Of a stretch of DNA of 64,000 bases, positions 44,501-52,475 are shown one piece after another; position 1 is the stretch's first letter; each line of letters opens with the position of its first letter. The position numbers and the translations under genes are program-made. The notes below the pieces were generated by a model that saw nothing but the letters and a program-made list of their open reading frames with translations, was not told where the DNA came from and ran no database searches. The stretch comes from Epithemia pelagica (lineage: Eukaryota > Protista > Bacillariophyta), in NCBI GenBank assembly GCA_946965045.2, contig OX337233.1, positions 2,108,001-2,172,000 on the forward strand, read 5' to 3'.

Positions 44501-45583
44501 ACTTTCATGCGGCACTTCTTCTTCGTTTGGTATCACATGCACCATTTTTTCCGTATCGAATAAAAAATCTGTCGTCAATGGCGTGTCTCGATGTGGAAAG
44601 TATTGCTCGTTGTGTTCGTCATCCATGTCCGTCCGGTCCTCGAGACTCCCTTCGTCGTCACTTGTTCTTGGTACGTTGCCTTCCTGTGTGGCGTCGTCAT
44701 CATCTTCGATCACATTTGCCTCACTAACAATTGGTGGATTGTTGTCATCTTCACAGATTTTACAACAAAAGCTTTGGTAGTGGGTCATTCCGGTGGCCGT
44801 GGAGAACTCTCCCACATTGGTGCCTCGCCGATTCAACGGAATCGTTCGTTTGCTCGTTCCTTGGTTCCATTCCAGGGTAATTGTGTCGTCAGTGGTGATA
44901 CATCGGGTGCCATGCGGCTTCGGTCGGTGATCTCGTGCCACTTGTGCCCAGTGTTGCGGGGAAAGGAGTCGATGTGACGTGGATGGAATATAGAATGACC
45001 CGGGGAGCACAATGCGGTATACTTGCCCATCGTCGTCTTCAATGTCCCATTTGATCGTCGTGGAGTACACCTCGGTCTTGTATAATCCAGCAATTCCCTT
45101 TATTTTGCGTTGAATTGGTGTTGGAGATGTTAGGCAATCGGTGATATCGTGGGTGATTGATGCTGTGGCACAGTTGTCGATGAAGAGAGGTTTACTGTCC
45201 GAGTCAAATCGGACCGAATGCGCCTTGACCAGTTTGCTTGCCACCGGAGCTGCAAGTATCGTGGTCATGCATAGTCCTTTCATGAGGCTCGAGTTCCACT
45301 GTTTTCGTCGTCTCCTGGTTGCTGGCGATCTTGGCCTTGGTCTATATCTGGGTGGTGGAATGGCTGCATCAAGTATTGCCAGGCTGTTGGCCATCATGGT
45401 CGCTATCGTGGTCCATAAATAGTCGATCCATCTTGCATTCGTGGCTGGAGCAGTAGTAGTTGGAGCTTCATCATCATAACCTACTAGGACATACAAGTAA
45501 AGAGTTGTAGTCGCTAGTAAGATATAGATGAGCTGTTCGAAAGTCTTGGTGAACAGCCCGAGGAGTGACCTCGGGTCTGGTTG
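41561..45583 (-). CDS. Copia Pol (protease, integrase, RT, RNase H), in frame with gag behind a single UGA
   Basis: FIDNCAT (protease). HHRLGH...CTAC, VSVDQL, HADNG, MAERR (integrase). WKSRLAFDG, YTDD (RT). YADAD, TEAE, TADIFTK (RNase H). The listed start at 45496 is TTG, and the frame is open back to the gag stop. Confidence 0.93.
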   Translation of the reverse strand, partial: QPDPRSLLGLFTKTFEQLIYILLATTTLYLYVLVGYDDEAPTTTAPATNARWIDYLWTTIATMMANSLAILDAAIPPPRYRPRPRSPATRRRRKQWNSSLMKGLCMTTILAAPVASKLVKAHSVRFDSDSKPLFIDNCATASITHDITDCLTSPTPIQRKIKGIAGLYKTEVYSTTIKWDIEDDDGQVYRIVLPGSFYIPSTSHRLLSPQHWAQVARDHRPKPHGTRCITTDDTITLEWNQGTSKRTIPLNRRGTNVGEFSTATGMTHYQSFCCKICEDDNNPPIVSEANVIEDDDDATQEGNVPRTSDDEGSLEDRTDMDDEHNEQYFPHRDTPLTTDFLFDTEKMVHVIPNEEEVPHESPTAELLRIHHRLGHLSMAKIQTMARQGALPRRLGSCAVPACTACLYGKATKKPWRVKGSQGTLDTMTRPGQCVSVDQLISNTPGYIAHMRGTPTRERYRVATVFVDHFSGIGYVHLQRSTSATDTIEAKERFESGVAIQHYHADNGIFADNEFRKAVASKGQRLTFSGVNAHFQSGMAERRIRDLQDSARTMLLHAHRRWPTAITTNLWPYAVRYASDMFNEAPLKKHKDKTPIELFSGSPVRFNVRNAHTFGCPSYVLDNELQAGKGLPKWSERSRVGIFLGYSAQHARTVGLILSLSSGLSSPQFHVHYDDNFETIRRSFGEAQPISYWQQRAGFSKRTSGTARPKRAKAINLDAPMREVDNNEEIVDQDQATPTRDDEGDAVPNIPVHEGAGLRRSQREPRPTTRYQEYMAELGDDINPLGELAIALPGIVSMTAQAQKNPDVMYWHEAMQQPDRHEFIKAAQKEVRDHTENGLWEIVRRKDIPPGSYITRAVWSCMRKRRLETGEIYKWKSRLAFDGSGQTKGVNYWETYAPVVQWPVVRYVLTTALAQGWAIKQVDYVLAYTQAMAETDMYMEAPKAFTFDTKGEQKAEDYVLKIWRNYYGQKQAARVWNKHLVQQLEKAGFTQSSHDECLFYHGQSIYILYTDDSILTGPDPEELNRIIAKLEEIGLKMTYEDGVEDFLGVHITKQESGQMHLSQTRLIDSILDDLRLPEDAQGKDIPAASTVKMRSDDDGDPFDGHFHYRSVIGKLNFLEKSTRPDISYAVHQCARFAANPKQIHGRAVKQIGRYLASTRTLGILLNPQEDANFDVYADADFCGNFNKTDMPRTDMARSRTGYIIFYGGCPIVWASKLQTEIALSTTEAEIISLSTSLRTVIPLMHITKEMKTRGYKVISTQPRVHCRAFEGNNGAFELATVHKYRPRTRYLCTKLFHFKEYVEQKLITILPCDTELQTADIFTKALDKDTFERHRKSIMGW

Positions 45584-46843
45584 TCATTCTTCATCCGAGG
45601 ACTCTTCTTGGGCAGGGAGATCAGCCAAGGCATTTGCCAAACGGAGTGCCGGGGTGGTTCCTTCTTTTCCCGTATCCGGGTGCGCTGCGTCATATGCTTT
45701 CTTCTTGTCTCCAGTCAATCCGCGTCCGTTGCATGTGGCTGAGGTATGGTTCTTGTTGAGAGACCATTTCTCGTGCCACTTGCACCAATAGTAGGTCTTG
45801 CCGTTCACTTCTTTCACTTCTGGACCTCCCTCAGGCGGACCAGTGGTTTGCCAAGCTTCTTTGAGTCCCTCTTTGTCCTTAGTCTGTTTAGCCTTGCCGG
45901 TCTTGTTGTTGCTACCAGTGCTACCTTCATTGCTTTGTGCAGAACGTCCCTTCGCCATGCGTTTCACCTGTGCCTCAAGGGCAATAATCTTCTGGTCGCG
46001 CTCCGATAGGGACTGCCATTTCTTGGCTTCCACTAGTGCCTGGTACTTAAGCCGTGCCCAATCCATGAGTTGCGTGGGAGTTAGGTTCGGCGAATCTCCT
46101 TCTTCGTATGCGTTCTTGCGACGCCTGATCATTTCCAGAAAGTTCTCGTCGTTCACCGTTTCATATGCCTTGAATAGGTTCGGGAGGAGGTCGAGGGTCC
46201 GTTCCCCACGTGCACTTAGGCCCTGCAATGTTTCTTTCACGTACGAGTTGAACTTGATAATGTCTCCGTTGAAGTCTGCGATATGGATGTGAAGGTCCGA
46301 CAGACGCTGGCGTAGCACCATTACGGTCGCTTCGGTATCCACATAAGCCAAGGAAATGATGACCTTGAGGAGCAACGGCCCGACACCCTTGTTATCCACT
46401 ATGAATTCGTCGCGTCGGAGATTGACTTGTGCCCTCGCTTCTTCGTTTAACGATGCCATGAGGCACATGTAGGACATGTAGGAGTTCTGCGTGATGCGAT
46501 TCTGTCCGAGGAAGCTGTCCACGTAGTCGCGCACTTGTCGAAGGGAAACTCGTCCGTAGGCTTGAGTAAGGAGATGAGTAGGAGCAGCTGGAGGAGCTGG
46601 TCCTGCTGCAGGAGGGACCACGATATGTTCCGGAATGGAGAATGTGCTAGTCCAAGATTGCTCGACGATGCGATCTTGAAACGAATCGAGGAAAAGCTTG
46701 AGTCCCTCCGCATGAAGATCGTAGAGATCTCCGCCCTCAAAAAGTCCTGTCGTCGCTTGCTTGTATAACTTCGAGCCTGCCGCGGTCGTAAAGTTGATTA
46801 CGTTGTTCGCATTGGCGTTGGCGGGAGAGATTGCAAAAGCCAT
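45584..46843 (-). CDS. Copia Gag
   Basis: ATG 41 nt after the 5' LTR. DIIKFNSYV...DLLPNLFKAY block and a Cys/His knuckle-like YWCKWH...H...C. Confidence 0.88.
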   Translation of the reverse strand: MAFAISPANANANNVINFTTAAGSKLYKQATTGLFEGGDLYDLHAEGLKLFLDSFQDRIVEQSWTSTFSIPEHIVVPPAAGPAPPAAPTHLLTQAYGRVSLRQVRDYVDSFLGQNRITQNSYMSYMCLMASLNEEARAQVNLRRDEFIVDNKGVGPLLLKVIISLAYVDTEATVMVLRQRLSDLHIHIADFNGDIIKFNSYVKETLQGLSARGERTLDLLPNLFKAYETVNDENFLEMIRRRKNAYEEGDSPNLTPTQLMDWARLKYQALVEAKKWQSLSERDQKIIALEAQVKRMAKGRSAQSNEGSTGSNNKTGKAKQTKDKEGLKEAWQTTGPPEGGPEVKEVNGKTYYWCKWHEKWSLNKNHTSATCNGRGLTGDKKKAYDAAHPDTGKEGTTPALRLANALADLPAQEESSDEE

Positions 46844-46870
46844 GGTCGACGATCAGAGATGCTGTTTACA

Positions 46871-46884
46871 GCGCAGAGGAAGCG
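46871..46884 (-). other. Candidate non-canonical primer-binding site CGCTTCCTCTGCGC
   Basis: Abuts the 5' LTR, lacks the usual TGG, and is complementary to the D-arm of eukaryotic initiator tRNA-Met as recalled from human and yeast sequences. Confidence 0.6.
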
Positions 46885-47331
46885 TGTTGTTTTTCACTAC
46901 TGTCGAGTAACGAAAAAGAGCTCTTTTGCAAAATTGTGTGTTTCTAGATTATCGTGTGCAAGCTATGAATCGCTCCTACTCATGCGTTGAGCGTTGACTC
47001 GTAGATTGGTGCGTTGATCGACCAAATTGGCGGTCCCAATTGTTTATGGACGACCTTGCTGAGATTCGTGGCTCCCTAAGTGGCGTCCGCTTACTTAGGA
47101 GCCAGTACCGTTATTGCTCTGGCCATGGGAGTCGTTGTTTAGAGCGGCATGAGTGTTACATAGCCGTCGTCCAAATCCCATGTTGAGATGCGTCGTTCGT
47201 CTTTGTTGATTTGTGATTTGTGAGAGGCGGCAGTTCACTGATGCGTTGGGCGTGTTGTGTCATGGGAATTCTGTCTCTGTCCCCCATTGTCCCCCACGTG
47301 TAGTTATGCCCTTGCGTACAGTATTTGAACA
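46885..47331 (-). repeat. 5' LTR (447 bp)
   Basis: Direct repeat of 41078-41524. Confidence 0.95.
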
Positions 47332-47997
47332 GCACGTGATCGATTTCTCCCACTTGCAAAGTCGTTGTGTCAACAACTGGCAGAGGATAGTTGCGATGCT
47401 GTGAGTGAATCCAGCTCGGTACGAAAAATTCGTCGGAAAGTTCAATTCCATTTGGAGCTGTTGTTCCATAGTCAATCACCATCTCATCGCCCGGATGAAT
47501 GTCCCGCAATACAACGTAATCCACCCACATTTTGGGTTCTTCGCTATGCGCAAAGGCAGTGTGTCCAGGCATGTCCCAGTCAACTCTACTGGAAGTACCA
47601 TTTCGCTTGCGAATGGCGATATTCGGGGCATTGTGATGGTTCATGTTATTGACAAAAGGGAACTGAGGCAACAACAGCACGTCAGTATTCCTGTTTGAAT
47701 AGCAGTATCCCAAAGATCTTCAAACGTTCCGTCTTCCCGTCGCAGTTCGGTTCTGTGCAAATGTAACAGGGGAACCTTTTCGAATATGATTTCATCCTTG
47801 GAAAAATGCCAATTAGCAAAAAGCCCGTTCCCATGAAAAGATAAGTCTTTCACGTGAAAGATGTTAATGCATACTCCCTCGTTTTGCACCATTTTCCAGT
47901 CATTGGCATCCACAGTAATGTCATCGTCATGGTCAAATTCCTGGAGTTCTGGTTTTCGACAGGGCACAAAGAGTGGATCACCAGCCTTGATTTTCAT
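47332..47997 (-). pseudogene. 5' part (SET domain) of the gene interrupted by the copia
   Basis: HGNGLFA, VNNMNHHNAPN, VVLRDIHPGDEMVIDYG. One-base frameshift near 47713 (TFEDL / LGYCYS). The start is uncertain; nearest in-frame ATG is 47997. Removing the element gives EIDHV|RIANG. Confidence 0.7.
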
Positions 47998-48341
47998 CCG
48001 TGCAATCCAGGGGGCTACGTCGTCTGTGTTCACCCCCTGCCTACTCCAAGAACATGCCTTAACCTTGACCCATGACTTTGACTGTTATCTTCTCAAAATT
48101 TGATACATACATCTCATCGACGATGATAATCACGCTTAACTGTAGAAGTTACTTTTTTTAGGTGCTAGTGTACTTTCAACGATTGCGTTGTGAAGGTTAA
48201 ATGGAAAACCTCTGGAACTACGGATATACAAACAAAAGATGCGGTCAATGAAATCCATCATGGATATGTGCATTCATGGAACGTTGTCGAGTAAGAGCGC
48301 AACATGTGCAGAAGACTCATGAACTTGATGATTCAATAATC

Positions 48342-51300
48342 TTAGACGGGAGATGTCTTGAGGAGGCGGTCCCGTTTCGTCAATCCCTCTCCACCTTCGG
48401 CGAACTTTCGCCGAACCGCCGCACTTCCACTGCTGAGGCGTGCCACTGGAACGCGGAATGGAGAGCAGGAAACGTAGTCGAGTCCGACCTTGTCAAAGAA
48501 TTCAATCGATTTGGGGTCACCTCCATGTTCTCCGCACACTGAAAGCGACAAATTAGGATTGACAGATCGTCCCTTGGCAGCGGACAAGTGGAGAAGCCAT
48601 CCTACACCTTCCGTGTCGATTGTTTTGAAAGGATCGACTTCAAAGATACCTAGCTCTTTGTACTTCGGAATGAATTCTCCCGCGTCGTCTCGCGAAATTC
48701 CCAAAGTCATTTGAGTCATGTCGTTGGTTCCATAGGAAAAGAATTGGCACAAGAGCGAACCATCTTCGGGGTCCTTCACTGCGGCAATCTTGTCCGACAC
48801 AAGAGCTGCACGTGGGACTTCAATCATGGTTCCAACCTCAAAGGTAACATCGACACCGCGCTCCTTCTTGACACGTTGGGCTGTGCGCTTCACCAACAAG
48901 GCCTGGTTTTCAAACTCAGGAACGCCACCACTGTAAATTATGAGAAGAGTCAGAAGTCAGAACATTAACAACAACATGTACAAGGCAAAATCATGGGATG
49001 AATAAAACTTACACAAGAGGAACCATGATACGGGGGAATGGCTTGGCGTCGGCATTGGCTTCCATGAGGTCGGCCGCTGCATTGATGATGGCCTCCACCT
49101 GCATGACGGTCAACTCGGATCGGCAGATTCCCAAACGACATCCACGAAGGCCAAGCATGGGGTTTTCTTCGTGCATTTCTTCAATGTCCTTCTTGAGTTC
49201 GTGTGCGTCGGTGTAGTTGAGCGTCTTGGCAAATTCTTCATCCACTTCGGAAAGCTTGGGAAGGAACTCATGGAGGGGAGGGTCCAAGAGACGAATGGTC
49301 ACTGGTAGGCCATCCATTTCGTGGAGAATTTCTCGAAAGTCGTCGCGTTGGAATTGACCAATGTACTCCAATCCAGTTCCCTGCAGAATCCACGAGCGAA
49401 CAATGGGAAGACGTTTGGGATCAAAGAACATGTGCTCAGTACGGGTCAATCCAATTCCCTTGGCTCCAAGTTCTCGTGCCTTCTTGGCATCTGGACCGGA
49501 ATCAGCATTGGCCAAGACCTTGAGACTGTCGGGGACGTCATCCGCCCATTGCAAGACCCTTCCGAAGGATCCCTTCAATTCCGGAACGGTGGTCGGAACC
49601 TTTCCTCGAATGACTTCACCCGTACTTCCGTTCAAAGAAATGATATCTCCTTCCTTGAACACTTCTCCGGTTTCCTTGATCACCATTGTCTTGGCTTCTT
49701 CGTCAATGAGAATATCATCACAGCCACAGACACATGGTTTGCCCCATCCTCGAGCCACAACGGCCGCATGGGAAGTGACACCTCCTCGGCTGGTCAAGAT
49801 TCCTTTCGAGGCCCACATGCCACCCACATCTTCGGGCGAAGTGTTTTCTCGAACCAAAATGACTCCCTCGGCAGTTTGTTCTTCGGCCGTGTGTGTCGAA
49901 AAGACAATCTTTCCCACTGCGGCCCCAGGACCACCCGCCAAACCGACGGCCACAATATTGTCTTTGTATACAGGGGAGGAGAAAACATCCGAGGCAAATG
50001 CCGGATGAAGGTTCTGTTGGACATGATCAGGTTCCACCTTGAGCAGAGCTTCCTCCGAAGTCAAAAGTCCTTCGTCGACCATGTCGTTGGCAATCAAGAA
50101 GGCGGCCTGTCCCGTACGCTTTCCCGATCGGCACTGAAGCATCCATAGCTTTTCGTTCTCGACAGTGAATTCGACATCTTGCATGTCTTTGAAATGATGC
50201 TCCAGTTTGTAAACATTCTTGATAAATTGGTCATAGGCACCGGGGAAGCCCTCTTCCATTGCCTTGATTGGCAATGGGGTACGAATTCCAGCAACCACAT
50301 CTTCTCCTTGGGCATTGACAAGGTATTCTCCCTTGAGTTCGTTCTTTCCAGTGCCAGGGTCTCGCGAGAAGGCCACACCGGTACCCGAGGATGGTCCAAG
50401 ATTTCCAAAGACCCTGTTACATTTAGAATAATGGACATGAGTCAAAATAATGCCCATTGATCACGCAAGGACAAATATGGTATTCAAACACGAGAAACTT
50501 ACATGGCTTGAATGTTGCAGGCTGTTCCAAGCAAGGCGGTGATTTGATTGATTTCTCGATACTTGATGGCTCGGTCCGAATTCCAGGAACCAAAGACGGC
50601 TCCAATGCATGCCCGTACTTGAGCCTTGGCATCTTGTGGAAAGGCCTTGTTGTGTTCTTCGTACACCTTGTAGTAGGACTCGCATAGTTCTTCCAAATGT
50701 TCGGCACTAAGTTCCACGTCGTTGAGAACCCCCACTCGGTTCTTAAAGGATTCCAACTTGTCTTCAAATGCTTCGTGTGGGATACCAAGGACGACCTGTT
50801 TTACAAAGAAGAATCAAGGCATGATAGTTGTCAGTGAAGATTCAAAGACAGAACCGTCAAATAAGATTGTGAAGAGAATCAGAACTTACATCTCCAAACA
50901 TGTCCAACAAGCGACGGTAGGCATCGTAGGCAAATCGTCGATTGCCAGTGGACTTGGCCAAGCCTTCGACCGTCTCTTTGGTGAGTCCGACATTGAGGAC
51001 TGTGTCCATCATGCCAGGCATGGAGATTTTGGCTCCCGATCGACAGGAAAACAAGAGAGGATTTTCCGCGTCTCCAAACTTGCGTCCCAAATCCTCTTCG
51101 ACTCGAGCAATGGCCTTATCGACTTGGTCCCAAAGTGCTTCAGGCAAGTCTCCATTCTTTTCGTAGACTTGGCAAAGAGGAGTTGTGAGAGTGAATCCAG
51201 GAGGCACGTCAATGCCAATAGAGCTCATCTCCTGCAGACCAAGTCCCTTGCCACCCAAGATATCTCGATCCGGATTGGCGACCGAACGAGCAGATCCTCC

Positions 51301-51705
51301 AAAGGGGACAATGGCCATTACCTTATCTTCTCCTCCAACCTCACTGAGCGTGGAGGTATCTTGTTCCAACGCCATAGTTGAGGACATGTACGTTGTGGTC
51401 ATCTTTTCGTTGTTCTTTGGTTTGATGGTAAATAGTTTACTTTGTTTTAGATTGTGAGCATATCCAATTTTGTGTGTGGTGGTGGACCAAATCTTGCTGT
51501 TCTCATTAATGGTTGTCGACGAGAAGGAGGATCTTTCGTCCTCGTACGTTCTGGCTGTGGTGCTACTGGACGTTCCATCGGCAGCAAGCCTTCCAGCCAA
51601 GATATACGGCTGTAAGGGAAATGCGAAGCTCCAGACGTTGGTAGGTGTCAAGAGGATCCAAAAGATTGCTGGAAAGGTTCCCATTATTGACAATGAAGAA
51701 ACCAT
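48342..51705 (-). CDS. PPDK: Pyruvate, phosphate dikinase with a bipartite plastid-targeting presequence
   Basis: Exons 51705-50890, 50795-50503, 50413-49013 and 48930-48342. LGGKG, RSGAKISMPGMMDT, TSHAAVVARG (phospho-His), GIGLTRTEHMF, CGEHGGDP. Confidence 0.96.
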
Positions 51706-52475
51706 TCTGGAGCGAGTTGTGTTGAGTGATGATCGCAGAGAGCAATTCTCTTTGTTCGTTTGATTGCGCGTGTGAGTTGACAACTCTATTCTCTCCTTTT
51801 TTCGTTTGACGGTTTTGCGCTTTCGCTTGACACTTTGGCCTTGAGAATATCGGAAGGCTTCGTTTTTGGAAAGAGCGAAAAGCAAGAGGTATCAGGGTTG
51901 TCACGGACGCACCAATGCCATGATGGAATGTCTCTGTGTCCTTTTTCCGTTTGCCTTCTCCCATCACCTGTCAACCGTCAAAGAACAGCAACGAAGGCCA
52001 CGTATACGTGGATCCACGTCTCGACAGCTGATCTGACGTGGCGAAAAAAGAGAAACTCCCGATCTGGTGATTGAAATTGTAATTGCGGCAAAAATTCGAC
52101 ACATCATATGCCATTTCACTTATGAACGTGACATAGTAGCGAGGGGTATTGGGCAAGAAGAGCATCTGATGGTTCGCTTTGAGGCCAATGAGAACTCACT
52201 ATTATCAACTGATTGAAGTCACTTTGGTGTCGTCAGACATGGTCAAAGATTGCTGTGCTGTCCCCCCATAGAAATAATAGAATAGGTAGTCTCCCTCTAT
52301 TTCTATTCCATCTCTCCATTGAGCCTTGACAGGGACTCACAGAGGGAGCGTAATGGATTCATCTCTTTCCGTGCTCCGCTAATGTCGCAGAATGATGACC
52401 TTGCGAACAAACTACAAATTGCAGAAGACATGAACGTCGCGGTTTCTTGTTTCTATGATTGCTTTTTCAAGGATT

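Larger units (their letters stand above)
41078..47331 (-). mobile_element. Full-length Ty1/copia (CoDi-type) LTR retrotransposon, 6,254 bp
   Basis: Two 447-bp LTRs (TG...CA), TSD GCACG, gag, pol in copia order PR-IN-RT-RH, and PPT GAGGGAG. Confidence 0.97.

Noticed and set aside
45584-45586. Selenocysteine insertion at the gag UGA
   Set aside because: Eukaryotic Sec decoding uses a 3' UTR SECIS, and I recognised none. The CARYYA context and gag-pol position fit leaky termination better.
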